A stretch of 32,000 nt of DNA from Candidatus Jordarchaeales archaeon (GCA_038889235.1 JAWAHN010000002.1:164356-196355); one strand, 5' to 3'. Shown: positions 8,972-18,376, counted from the first letter of the stretch. Notes: generated by a model not told the origin, from the letters alone. Program-made: numbers and translations.

Positions 8972-10153
8972 TTAGGATGAATGCTTCTTCATTTTCTCAA
9001 CGACGTCTCTCAAGTCGTCTAAGAACTCTAAGACATGCCTTTTCTTCACGTGCGGCATCACGACCACTCTTAAAAACTCTGGGAATTTTCCCAGAGCCCA
9101 ACCCCTTTTCCTTAACTCTATGTCTAGGTCGCATACGTCGATAACCTGCGACAAAACGCCCACTATGTTCATTGTGGGTTTCACCGGAATCTTCAATCCG
9201 TCTATTTCTTCAATCCCCTGCTCCAGCAGTTTTGTGTTTTTCATGCACCTCGTAACTATTTTCACGTAACCCTCAATCCCCAAATGTTTAAGTAAAGCCC
9301 ATGTTGCAATGACGGCTGCCCCTGAACGTGTTCCCAACAATATCGGATGATTGTATTTTCCCCCTGCTAGGTATGGTATTTCAAAACTATTTTCGTTGAA
9401 AAGTCTTTCATCCCGAAGCAGTAGACCTCCTGCAGGTATGGGAGCCATTCCCATTTTGTGCGGATCCACAGTCATCGAACAAACTCCTTCATTTCTGAAG
9501 TCGTAGCTTGGAACTCTGAAGCCTGCTCTCTCCAAGAAGGGTAAAACAAACCCACCGAACGCTGCGTCGACGTGCAGGTATATTCCCTTGTCCTCAGCTA
9601 TGTCGGAAAGAGCGTCTATCGGGTCGACTACACCTAGAGCGGTTGTCCCGGCTATGCCAACTAAGGCAAATGTGTCTTTTGTTATTTTATCTTGCACGTC
9701 ATCGACGTCAACACGGTATTCCTCGTCAAGTCTAGCTTTAATCAGTTTTAAGTCAAGCAAGTCTGCCGCTTTTTCAAAGGACGCGTGAGCTGACTCTGGA
9801 ACTATAATTGTCCTGCCACTCTTACCCTCTCTTCGTGAAATATTTCTGGCTATTCGAATCGCGGATATATTGGCTTCCGTTCCTCCACTTGTTATTATTC
9901 CCGCGGCATCGGGATTTCCTAGAAGCTCTCCTAACATGCCGATAACTTCTTTTTCCAGCTGAAAGGTTGCAGGGAAAAGCCCTGGGTCGCCCAGATTTTT
10001 CTCGATGTACTTGAAAAATATTTTCCTTGCTAGCGGATGCGGGGAAGTACACATGCTTCCCAATATTCTTCCGGAACGGTAATTCATATCCGATGCTAAT
10101 CTTTCCTCTAGTTCTCTTAAAACCTCCTTGGCGCTTATCCCTTTCAGTTCCAT
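8972..10153 (-). CDS. mfnA: Group II PLP-dependent decarboxylase, MfnA family (L-aspartate/L-tyrosine decarboxylase)
   Basis: ILGSMCT, NLGDPGLF, SGGTEAN, HASFEKA, HVDAAFGG, VDPHKMG (PLP lysine), GTRSG; last gene of the PoK-PPS-PanE run. Confidence 0.92.
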   Translation of the reverse strand: MELKGISAKEVLRELEERLASDMNYRSGRILGSMCTSPHPLARKIFFKYIEKNLGDPGLFPATFQLEKEVIGMLGELLGNPDAAGIITSGGTEANISAIRIARNISRREGKSGRTIIVPESAHASFEKAADLLDLKLIKARLDEEYRVDVDDVQDKITKDTFALVGIAGTTALGVVDPIDALSDIAEDKGIYLHVDAAFGGFVLPFLERAGFRVPSYDFRNEGVCSMTVDPHKMGMAPIPAGGLLLRDERLFNENSFEIPYLAGGKYNHPILLGTRSGAAVIATWALLKHLGIEGYVKIVTRCMKNTKLLEQGIEEIDGLKIPVKPTMNIVGVLSQVIDVCDLDIELRKRGWALGKFPEFLRVVVMPHVKKRHVLEFLDDLRDVVEKMKKHSS

Positions 10154-10159
10154 CGGCTA

Positions 10160-11080
10160 TCACGCCTTTCTCGCAAACTTCGCTTCTAACGTTTTAACTA
10201 TCGCGGTAACTGTAAAGTTTATCGGTGTTTTCACTCCATATTTTTCCCCATAAACTACTATCGCACCATTTATGTAGTCTATCTCTGTTCTCTTTCCTTT
10301 CTCCAGATCCTGAAGCATGGAGTTTTTGTTCCTAGCAGTCATTCTTGCAATCTTAACTGCTTTTTCGAAAGGTTTCTCCAAGAAGCGAATGCCGTGTTTA
10401 GTCGCAACCTCTTCTCCTTCAGAGATTATTTTTTTCATAACTTCTAAAAGAAGCTTGTTTTCAACTATTTCTCCGTTCCTAAGGCCAGTTATAGCCCCAA
10501 GGGGATTTATCCCGGCGTTAACGAGCACCTTTCCCCAAACTTCCCTTTCGATGTTGTTTGTAAACGCGGCGTTAAAACCCGCCATTCTAAGGAGCTCAAC
10601 AACTTTCTCTGCTCCTTCAGGGGGCGGGCCGAATGGTGGCCCTATGAAGCTTTCTCCTCTCCCAGTGTGTCTCACAACTCCCGGCTCTATGAGTTGAGCC
10701 CCCTCAGAAGTTATCCCTCGCAAGATGTTTTTCTCCCCTAAAACCTCAGCCGCCTCTTTCTCTGTGCCTAAACCATTTTGCATGCAAACAACTATGCTGT
10801 CTTTCCTCATCAAATGTTTAGCATCTGCAGCGGCGTTTTTAGTGTCATAGGCTTTAACGGTCAGAAAAACCACGTCCACTTTACCAACATCTAAAACATT
10901 GGTGAATGCTTCAACTTTAACCGTAAATGTTTCCCTTTCTCCCTCTATCCGCAACCCATTGTTTCTTATCGCTTTCACGTGTTTTTCTCGACCAATTAAT
11001 ACTACGTCTACGCCGGACTTTGCCAGCATTCCTCCGAAAAGGCTCCCTATAGCTCCTGCGCCTAGAACGGCGATTTTCAA
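10160..11080 (-). CDS. panE: 2-dehydropantoate (ketopantoate) reductase
   Basis: KIAVLGAGAIG Rossmann motif, LTVKAYDT, QNGLG, WGKVLVNAGINPL, SSMLQD-like NSMLQDLEKGKRTEIDYINGA. Confidence 0.95.
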   Translation of the reverse strand: MKIAVLGAGAIGSLFGGMLAKSGVDVVLIGREKHVKAIRNNGLRIEGERETFTVKVEAFTNVLDVGKVDVVFLTVKAYDTKNAAADAKHLMRKDSIVVCMQNGLGTEKEAAEVLGEKNILRGITSEGAQLIEPGVVRHTGRGESFIGPPFGPPPEGAEKVVELLRMAGFNAAFTNNIEREVWGKVLVNAGINPLGAITGLRNGEIVENKLLLEVMKKIISEGEEVATKHGIRFLEKPFEKAVKIARMTARNKNSMLQDLEKGKRTEIDYINGAIVVYGEKYGVKTPINFTVTAIVKTLEAKFARKA

Positions 11081-11148
11081 ATCACATCCCCAAAGGGGGA
11101 GAAGGGCGTTTCTCTAAAATATTTAACCACTTTGGCCAAAGTTTTAGG

Positions 11149-11958
11149 CTAGTCTGGATTTTCCAAGTACACTTCCGTAGACTCGGGTATTGTTCCCCCG
11201 GACTCCGCTATTGCTGTTAGTCTATCCCTTATTATCTTCAATACTTCCGCCAAAACTTTTCTGTTGTCGTATTCTTTCAGAATTTTTTCCAGTTGCTCTC
11301 TTGAGAGCTTTTTAAGTCTTCTTACCTCATTCACCAACAATGGCATGCATCTGACTATATTGTCGACTATTGTTATGTTTGCGTATTGTGCCGTCCTGCT
11401 GAGTGGGTTTAAATCTATTGCGATAACTGTTTTCCCCAGTCTTCTAAGTGCTTGCGTTCTGTCGCCATCCTCTATTGGGACCAAAACCACGTCTGCTATT
11501 AGTATACCTCTTCTGTCGACCACTCTTCTAACGCTTGATATTTCGGGAATTTCCCCATCAGCGGTTTCACCTACACCCAGAACTTCTTTTGCTCCTGCCT
11601 CTTCAAGAACCCTCTTTATAGCGTTAAGCCTTTCCGGGCTCCTGTAAAAAAGGTTTACCTCTATTTTTGCGTTGACTTCTTCAGCAAGTTCTACGACTTC
11701 TCTCGGGGAAAGGGCTGCCAGGTTGCCGTTAACGCTTATCACGGGGTATTTTGCTAATAGTAGTGCTGCTGCCGCGGCGCGTATTGCTTCCATGGCTGGG
11801 GGTTGTGTTTTCTCACCGAGTAAGTAGTCGAAAGCCTCTCCCCTGCCATGGGCTATTAGGCCTGCTTTAGCTACTATATTGTTTTCCATACCGTGTATGA
11901 TTTTGTGCCTTATTCTTAGGGATTCGGCTCTGGGGTGTCCTGGGGGTATTTCATCCAT
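11149..11958 (-). CDS. Archaeal phosphopantothenate synthetase (PPS)
   Basis: [65 protein letters not shown]; adjacent to pantoate kinase. Confidence 0.93.
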   Translation of the reverse strand: MDEIPPGHPRAESLRIRHKIIHGMENNIVAKAGLIAHGRGEAFDYLLGEKTQPPAMEAIRAAAAALLLAKYPVISVNGNLAALSPREVVELAEEVNAKIEVNLFYRSPERLNAIKRVLEEAGAKEVLGVGETADGEIPEISSVRRVVDRRGILIADVVLVPIEDGDRTQALRRLGKTVIAIDLNPLSRTAQYANITIVDNIVRCMPLLVNEVRRLKKLSREQLEKILKEYDNRKVLAEVLKIIRDRLTAIAESGGTIPESTEVYLENPD

Positions 11959-11982
11959 GTTCTCCTTTCCCCTTTTTTTAAT

Positions 11983-12927
11983 TTATAGCAGTCTTGCTCC
12001 CCTAAAATCAATCTTGCATATTTCAACAAAACCTTTGGGCATACATTCCTTGATTATTTTGTAAGCTTTTTTTGCATATTTACGGGTGGTGACGCAGAAA
12101 ACGCTTTCTCCGAGCATTATCATGCCGCAGTATTTGAATCCAGCTTTTTCAAGTTCAGAAACGGTTTCTTCCACTTTCTTTGTTGCTAATCCCGAACTTG
12201 CTGTGAACTCTTTCGCGAGTAACGCCATTTTCTCTACAGTGGCGTCTTTGAGCAGCTCGTCCACTAACTTTTCTCCCGCTTCATTTATTTTCTCTCTTTT
12301 ACCCTTATGCGAGATTACACTTTTCGTCTCTATTCCTCCTGTTGAACCACAGACTACGACATAGTTTTCCGGGACCGGTATATTATCCACGACACCGTAT
12401 CCTGGCGCCCCCTCCTTAACCCTTATTTCGACTCCGCCGATGTTTTGTGCCGTAACGTCTCCCAACCCGGTGAGATTCTCGATCTCCACTAAGTGCGCTA
12501 TTTGGCCCACTCTATTTTTTGTTAAACCGAGTTTTAGTGCGTCATTAAGTGCGAGAGCTGTACTGAAAGCAGCAGCACCGCTGGAACCAAAACCCGCATA
12601 TACGGGAACTTCGACGCTTTGCATTATAGTGACAGCGTAATTTTGCGAGTATTTCTCATTTGCTAGTCTTATCATTTTTTCTGCAGCGCTTCTAGTAACT
12701 TTTGGGTCCTCTATATGGGGTTCAACAAGTATCTTAACAGAGTTTTCTTCGGCAACCTCAACTTTAACCGTCGAGATAACTCCTCTGTCTAGGCACATGC
12801 CAGCTCCTCTAGAGCCTTTTTCTAACGGGTTTTTTGCTTCGTCGCGTATCTGAAAAAAGCATGTGATATGTGCCGGACAGAACGCCTTTGAAGTAGTCGT
12901 CAACTTGAGAACCTTCCCTTCCATCAC
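11983..12927 (-). CDS. Archaeal pantoate kinase (PoK, GHMP family)
   Basis: AFCPAHITCFF, GSRGAG, PVYAGFGSSGAAA GHMP loop, TGLGDV, GGVEIRVKEGAPG, MIMLGESVF. Confidence 0.92.
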   Translation of the reverse strand: MMEGKVLKLTTTSKAFCPAHITCFFQIRDEAKNPLEKGSRGAGMCLDRGVISTVKVEVAEENSVKILVEPHIEDPKVTRSAAEKMIRLANEKYSQNYAVTIMQSVEVPVYAGFGSSGAAAFSTALALNDALKLGLTKNRVGQIAHLVEIENLTGLGDVTAQNIGGVEIRVKEGAPGYGVVDNIPVPENYVVVCGSTGGIETKSVISHKGKREKINEAGEKLVDELLKDATVEKMALLAKEFTASSGLATKKVEETVSELEKAGFKYCGMIMLGESVFCVTTRKYAKKAYKIIKECMPKGFVEICKIDFRGARLL

Positions 12928-13140
12928 TCTTCAGCTAAAAATGCGCCACGTAAAAATATAAAAGATTTTTTTCCGAGAATTATCATTTCACATTCACTTT
13001 GAACACATCCCCCCATCAAAAGCTTCCTTTTAAGGGAATATAAAACCTCATTCATCGTACAACTATGTTTCTTTAATCTCATCCTTCTATCTCGAAAAAG
13101 AATAACTTTCGTTACTGTGCCTTCGCTAAGGGTGTTGTGG

Positions 13141-14118
13141 ATGCTTAATTTGAAATGCCAGGAGTGTGGGGCAGACGCCGTAATGTGTGAGAGCCACTAT
13201 GTTTGTCCAAACTGCGGTTTAGTTATCGAGCAACTCTTGGTTCCCCCTCTCTATCACGTTTCCTCAGATGAACCTATCAGGGGTGCATGGGTCTACCCCG
13301 AAACTCAAACAGGAAGCTACATTGACTACAAAGACGCCTTCACGTTTAAAGATCTAAAAGGAAACGTGTTACCTCCTCGCAGCCAGAGCATTTACAAGAG
13401 ACTAAAACTTAAAGCACTTCACGATAAAGTAAGAGTTCTTTCAGCAACACATTACAGGGCGCTTTATGCGCTTAAACGCGTAACAGAGAACCTTGGACTT
13501 CCAGTCATCGTAAGGGAACGTGCCGCGAAGATTTACCGCAGAATAGTTCGTGACACAAAAGTCAGCAATAATATTCTCCTTGTTGCCGCCTGTCTTCTTC
13601 ATGCTGTGAGAGAGCAGAAAAACTGTGCCCTTGTAACTTTAACTGAGATCACCGAGGCGTTTACCTCGCTTGGCTATAGAGTAACCCCGAAAAAACTACT
13701 GCGCGCGTCGTTCATAGTTCGAAAAATTGTAGGTGCGCATCAGAGATTACGTAGGAGCGAAGAATACCTTCCTAGAGCGATAAATACTCTGCTAGAGTCA
13801 GAAAGTGTCCTCCATAAATTGAAAGAAAAAAGACTAAATGTCACAGAGTACAAGGCGCAATTAACCAGTTTCTGCTCAAAGATTCTCTCTGAAGTGAAAG
13901 TTAATGAAAGAGGCGGAAGACGGCCGTACACTTTCCTAGCAGCAGTAATCTACTGCGCCGATAAACTTCTGGCGCTAAAGAGGGGTCACCCCCCTATTCT
14001 GACACAAAAATTGGTTGCAGAAATTTTGGGTGTAGCGGAATACAGCCTAAGAGACCACTACAATACTATCTTAAAACCAAGGTACGTTGTTAATACAACA
14101 TTAATAAGACAATTATAG
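13141..14118 (+). CDS. Divergent TFB/TFIIB-family transcription initiation factor
   Basis: Zn ribbon CQEC...CPNCG; cyclin repeat 1 (ENLGLPVIVRERAAKIYR) and repeat 2 (GRRPYTFLAAVIY...TQKLVAEILGVAEYSLRDHY). Start probably ATG 13141 (track gives GTG 13117). Confidence 0.8.
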   Translation: MLNLKCQECGADAVMCESHYVCPNCGLVIEQLLVPPLYHVSSDEPIRGAWVYPETQTGSYIDYKDAFTFKDLKGNVLPPRSQSIYKRLKLKALHDKVRVLSATHYRALYALKRVTENLGLPVIVRERAAKIYRRIVRDTKVSNNILLVAACLLHAVREQKNCALVTLTEITEAFTSLGYRVTPKKLLRASFIVRKIVGAHQRLRRSEEYLPRAINTLLESESVLHKLKEKRLNVTEYKAQLTSFCSKILSEVKVNERGGRRPYTFLAAVIYCADKLLALKRGHPPILTQKLVAEILGVAEYSLRDHYNTILKPRYVVNTTLIRQL

Positions 14119-14251
14119 AATACCACCTATTACCTATATATTTTATTTTTTCTTTAAACATTACTTCTTTTATGGTTTAAAAGTTTAAATATGCTTGCAT
14201 GGGTACTAAAATACTTGAACTGTTAACTAACGTTACCTTGGGGTAATATTA

Positions 14252-15550
14252 TTGATTTCTGAACATACGTCGAAGCAAATCATCGGAACTAAGAGTCAAA
14301 TTCTTAAGGGAAAAAAGATTGCTCTTTGTATAACAGGAAGTGTAGCCGCAGTTGAGTGTCCAATAATCGCTAGAGAACTAATGAGACACGGCGCTGAAGT
14401 ATACGCGGTGATGACGCCTGCCGCTACCAAGTTGATTTCCCCTGCTTTGATGGAGTGGGCCACAGGAAACCCTGTTGTAACTGAGCTAACTGGGATGGTG
14501 GAGCACATTTCTCTAGCTGGAGAACATCCAAATGCCGTCTCCCTTGTTCTAGTTGCCCCCGCTACAGCAAACACCATAAGCAAGATAGCTTATGGCATTG
14601 ATGACACTCCCGTGACGACTGTTGTTACAACAGCGATAGGTGCAAGAATTCCAGTAGTAGTTGTGCCAGCTATGCACGAGTCCATGTACCGCCACCCGAT
14701 AATACTGGAAAACTTAAAGCGCCTGGAAAGGTACGGGATAGAAGTCATAGGACCTCGTTTCGAAGAAGGAAAAGCGAAAATGGCCCACATAAACACCATA
14801 ATTGCGCGAGTCATAGAGATCCTTACACAGAAGAAAGATATGAAAGGATTGAAGGTCCTAATTACAGGAGGTCCCACAAGGGAGTATATTGACGCAGTAA
14901 GGTACATTAGCAATCCAAGCAGCGGCAGAATGGGTGTAGCGCTAGCCGAGGAGGCCTTCTCTAGAGGCGCGGAAGTGACCCTCATATATGGGCCTGGAAC
15001 GGTCGAACCCCCCAGCAATATTAAAGTTATTAGAGTTGAGACAACAAAAGAGATGCTGGATGCCTCCCTCTCGGAAATAAGCGAGAAATGCTATGACATA
15101 ATAATATGCGCTGCAGCAGTTGCAGATTACGCCCCAAAAAACAGGGTGAACGAAAAGATCCCATCTGGAAAAGAAAGTTTAGAAATCTCCCTTGTACCAT
15201 TACCAAAAGTGATTGACGCTATAAGGGTCGCTGCACCGAAAGCATTCCTAGTTGGCTTCAAAGCGGAATATGGAGTTTCGAAAGAAGAGCTAATTTCGAG
15301 GGCTATGAAGAAACTTAAAAACGCAAACTTAGACATGATTGTCGCCAACGACGTATCTAAACCAAACGCAGGCTTTTTTGCAGAGTCAAACGAAGTTTAT
15401 GTGATAGACAAGGAAGGAAACGTCCACCATATCCCACTTGCCCATAAAAGGGTTGTAGCATCAAAGATCCTAGATCTAATCCTCGAAAAACTCTGGGAGA
15501 ACAGAGGAAGAACACTCCCCGAAGAAGAACTAATTAAATCAAGCACATGA
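14252..15550 (+). CDS. coaBC: Bifunctional phosphopantothenoylcysteine decarboxylase/synthetase
   Basis: KKIALCITGSVAA, APATANTISKIA, PAMHESMY, LITGGPTREYIDAVRYISNPSSGRMG, AAVADY, LVGFKAE, IVANDV. Confidence 0.96.
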   Translation: MISEHTSKQIIGTKSQILKGKKIALCITGSVAAVECPIIARELMRHGAEVYAVMTPAATKLISPALMEWATGNPVVTELTGMVEHISLAGEHPNAVSLVLVAPATANTISKIAYGIDDTPVTTVVTTAIGARIPVVVVPAMHESMYRHPIILENLKRLERYGIEVIGPRFEEGKAKMAHINTIIARVIEILTQKKDMKGLKVLITGGPTREYIDAVRYISNPSSGRMGVALAEEAFSRGAEVTLIYGPGTVEPPSNIKVIRVETTKEMLDASLSEISEKCYDIIICAAAVADYAPKNRVNEKIPSGKESLEISLVPLPKVIDAIRVAAPKAFLVGFKAEYGVSKEELISRAMKKLKNANLDMIVANDVSKPNAGFFAESNEVYVIDKEGNVHHIPLAHKRVVASKILDLILEKLWENRGRTLPEEELIKSST

Positions 15551-15574
15551 ACTGTTTCGAGAAGAAACCCCTCT

Positions 15575-15847
15575 TCACTTCTTGGCGGCATCAGTTACCA
15601 CCTTAACAATATCTTCCACGTTAATGCCCACTAAAACAATTCCCCTCTCGCTGAGAAACCGCTTAATAACATCCTCCACCGCGTGAATAGCTACCCCCCT
15701 CAAAGCTTCTTCCAATACTTCAAGCTCTTCTTCGGGGTGGAAGTAAAAGTCGCCTGTTATCTTCGCACGCCTTATTACTCCCCCCTCCAATTCCACCTCC
15801 GCCTCTATCATTTTACCTCCAGGAACTTTCAGCCTCGAACTTCCCAA
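15575..15847 (-). CDS. Stand-alone lipoate-protein ligase C-terminal domain (LplB-like)
   Basis: KVPGGKMIEAEV...KITGDFYFHPEE.LE.LEEAL.G resembles the LplA C-terminal/LplB domain; 90 aa, no catalytic domain attached. Confidence 0.72.
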   Translation of the reverse strand: MGSSRLKVPGGKMIEAEVELEGGVIRRAKITGDFYFHPEEELEVLEEALRGVAIHAVEDVIKRFLSERGIVLVGINVEDIVKVVTDAAKK

Positions 15848-15859
15848 TCGCCCACCCTC

Positions 15860-16780
15860 CTATGCCACTTTTAACTGTACCAAGTCTCCTTCTCCAAATT
15901 TAACAGTCGTATTCTTATATGGAACCAATTTAACCATAGCTTTTTCGCTAAGACTTAGAAAGGCTGAAATCCCCTTCAAAGGTAACCCCTCGCACTCCAA
16001 AGAAACATCTCTTACTACGATTTTAACTCCATTACGCGCAAAGCCACACACCCATCCTATAACCGTTCCACCTAACATAACGTTTCCCCCTGCTCCTATG
16101 CTCTCTCCTCCAGCAAGTATGACGCCCCCTCTTCTATAGTAAGGGAGACCGCAGTCTAGTATTCCGAATCTCTCTCCAACCTTCACCCCCAACCCTTTCA
16201 CTCTTCCAAAACTTGCAGTACAACGATCATCGACATAAGCCAAGATGTATGTATCATTAATATCAATCACCTCTAGGAAAACGTTTTCCTCCTCTCTTCC
16301 CCCCTTGACTTCTCCATTAATGTTCAGAACTATCGGTAAAAATCCCTTAGCCCTAAAAACATAATCGGGATATTTCACCTCTATGTGGGCGTGCAAGCTC
16401 GTCCACGGGTCGAAAAAGCCGCTTCTTAATGGCTCCCCTACAAGATCCCCCACATTTAATTGATCCCCCTCTTCAACAAACGGTTTGACATGAAGTACTC
16501 TAACGATCAGGCTCGGGTTCTCCTCACTTCTAATGAGGATCACGTAGTCAAACTCGCTGTGTGGAAACCTCCTTAACGCAGCTGCCTTAATTCTTCTAAC
16601 GCCGACGACTTGCCCTGGCGTTAAACAGTAGAAAACGTGTTTATCCCCCAAAAGGTAGGCGTCTAATGCCCCCTCATAAGCGTGAGCATAATAAGGACTG
16701 TTAAATAGAGAAAAGTAATCAACATTAAACCTGTAGATCCTTATACCATCGCACGAAGCGACGAACTCTAAATTGCTCAT
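15860..16780 (-). CDS. Conserved archaeal hypothetical protein with M23/LytM-like metal motifs
   Basis: FSLFNSPYYAH...ALD and LHVKPFVEEGD...GDLVG...SG...HAHIEV resemble the M23 barrel-sandwich pattern; strong SD GAGGTGAG before ATG. Confidence 0.55.
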   Translation of the reverse strand: MSNLEFVASCDGIRIYRFNVDYFSLFNSPYYAHAYEGALDAYLLGDKHVFYCLTPGQVVGVRRIKAAALRRFPHSEFDYVILIRSEENPSLIVRVLHVKPFVEEGDQLNVGDLVGEPLRSGFFDPWTSLHAHIEVKYPDYVFRAKGFLPIVLNINGEVKGGREEENVFLEVIDINDTYILAYVDDRCTASFGRVKGLGVKVGERFGILDCGLPYYRRGGVILAGGESIGAGGNVMLGGTVIGWVCGFARNGVKIVVRDVSLECEGLPLKGISAFLSLSEKAMVKLVPYKNTTVKFGEGDLVQLKVA

Positions 16781-16862
16781 TTCAGCTCACCTCAGAACAA
16801 CTAATTTAAAGATCAAACGACACTTTTTCTTATTAGTTTCTCAGCGCCTTGGAGGGCAACTA

Positions 16863-17660
16863 ATGCACTATGACGCTGACTTCGAAAAAGAATTAGAGCG
16901 CCGCTTAGAACCATTAAGGAACCTAAAGAATTACGAAGCATGGCTTTCATGGTTTAAAAACGCTGAGAAGAGAGCCGAAGTTTACATATTGAAGATGAAG
17001 CCCTTCCTAAAACAAATTTCAGGATTGACAGTTCTCGACGTAGGTTGCGGGATTGGAGGAGCGTGCCTAGCACTCGCAAACCTCGCTAATCTAGTCGTCG
17101 GAATAGAGATAAACCCTCTCGCCATACCCCTTGCGAAGCTAAAAGCTAAAAAAGCGGTCAAGGGCGCAATCGACTTCATTTTAGCAAGCGGGTTAAACAT
17201 GCCCTTTAGACGAGGAAGCTTCAACCTAGTTATATGCAATGACGTCCTCGAGCACGTCGACGACAAAGACAAACTTCTGAAAGAAATAAATTCGGTCCTT
17301 GCAAAAAACGGCCACCTCTTTTTAACAACACCAAACAAACTCTACCCAGTAGAACCGCACACCGGAATGTTTGGGTTAACCCTTCTACCCAGAAGGATAG
17401 CTAACAAAATTGCCTCATTGAAGTTCAAAATGAACGCCGACCTTCCATCACTTGTAACATACAAGGAACTTGTCAAACTGCTCACAAAAAACAGTTTTTC
17501 ACATTTAATCAACCATCCAGACTGGTTGCTTTACGAAAACACACCACTGCTCAGAGGCTTGACCCGCGTTGCAAAAATAAGACCCTTCCTCTGGTTTTTA
17601 ACTTTATTCTCCCCCCTCTTCACCGTGCTTGCAAAAAAATGGTCAAGTAGTTCAAGTTAA
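16863..17660 (+). CDS. Class I SAM-dependent methyltransferase
   Basis: VLDVGCGIGG motif I, VVGIEIN, FNLVICNDVLEHV, GHLFLTTPN. Start probably ATG 16863 after GGAGGG (track start 16773 overlaps the divergent gene). Confidence 0.9.
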   Translation: MHYDADFEKELERRLEPLRNLKNYEAWLSWFKNAEKRAEVYILKMKPFLKQISGLTVLDVGCGIGGACLALANLANLVVGIEINPLAIPLAKLKAKKAVKGAIDFILASGLNMPFRRGSFNLVICNDVLEHVDDKDKLLKEINSVLAKNGHLFLTTPNKLYPVEPHTGMFGLTLLPRRIANKIASLKFKMNADLPSLVTYKELVKLLTKNSFSHLINHPDWLLYENTPLLRGLTRVAKIRPFLWFLTLFSPLFTVLAKKWSSSSS

Positions 17661-17670
17661 CTCACGCCAC

Positions 17671-18030
17671 TCAAAGCTCCCCTACGAATGCCGGAGGACT
17701 GGCAAGATGGATAACTGGAATAAACGTTGCCTTCGGGTCAACCTCAACCGCGTCAACAAACTCAACTTTCTCCTCCTGATGACCGATATAGCGTATGAAG
17801 TTCCCCTTTGGAGGCTTGTCATCGACGAAGTAGATGAAAAGCGGCAGTCCCCTAAGTTCGTAGTAACCAGGGAAACTTCCTATCAATGCACCGTAAACGT
17901 GCTTTCCACTTTTTTCGAAGTGGAATATGTGTGTCCCCCGCTCTCTACTCCACGCTACCAAAAACCTGACGAGGTCAGCCAGACTTTTGAGGCATAAGGG
18001 TACTGCAGGCTTCACAGCGACTTCACTCAT
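17671..18030 (-). CDS. Conserved hypothetical protein resembling the small uncharacterised 'cren protein' family of TACK archaea
   Basis: Pattern SLADLVRF...HVYG...YYELRGLP...FIPVIHL.SPP recalled from that family; ATG 18030 preceded by AGGAGGA. Confidence 0.6.
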   Translation of the reverse strand: MSEVAVKPAVPLCLKSLADLVRFLVAWSRERGTHIFHFEKSGKHVYGALIGSFPGYYELRGLPLFIYFVDDKPPKGNFIRYIGHQEEKVEFVDAVEVDPKATFIPVIHLASPPAFVGEL

Positions 18031-18124
18031 AGTTCTTCCTCCTCCTTGAGCGTACTTTACTCCCACCAGCGTGACAAAAACGTTTCTCTTCTCCAAACAA
18101 TTTCCTTTGTTTTTAGTCAGTCAC

Positions 18125-18376
18125 TCAGCTTTCTCCCTTAGAGCAGATGCACGTCATAGTTTCCATGACTCCGTCCATCTGTCTCACCACTCCGAAAACA
18201 AAGTCGTCGAGCTCCTCAACATTCCTTACATTAACTTTCACTATTATATCATAAATCCCGTAAATGAGGTCTGCACATTCAACATTTTTAAGCTCCCTCA
18301 ACTTTAAGAGAACTGGTTTCTCGTGTCCAGAAGCGACTTTTATCAAAATATAAGCACTTAAACCCACAACGAACAC
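18125..18376 (-). CDS. Stand-alone Lrp/AsnC ligand-binding (RAM) domain protein, no HTH
   Basis: AYILIKV...V...L..L.NV....LIYGIYDIIVKV.V.N.EELDDFV...VRQMDGV.ET.TCI is the AsnC C-terminal signature; 83 aa. Confidence 0.88.
   Translation of the reverse strand: MFVVGLSAYILIKVASGHEKPVLLKLRELKNVECADLIYGIYDIIVKVNVRNVEELDDFVFGVVRQMDGVMETMTCICSKGES

Noticed and set aside
17629-17997. 122-aa plus-strand ORF and the many other ORFs antisense to or nested in assigned genes (for example 2077, 5706, 7463, 14590, 24591, 29899)
   Set aside because: They overlap well-supported genes and show shadow-ORF composition.
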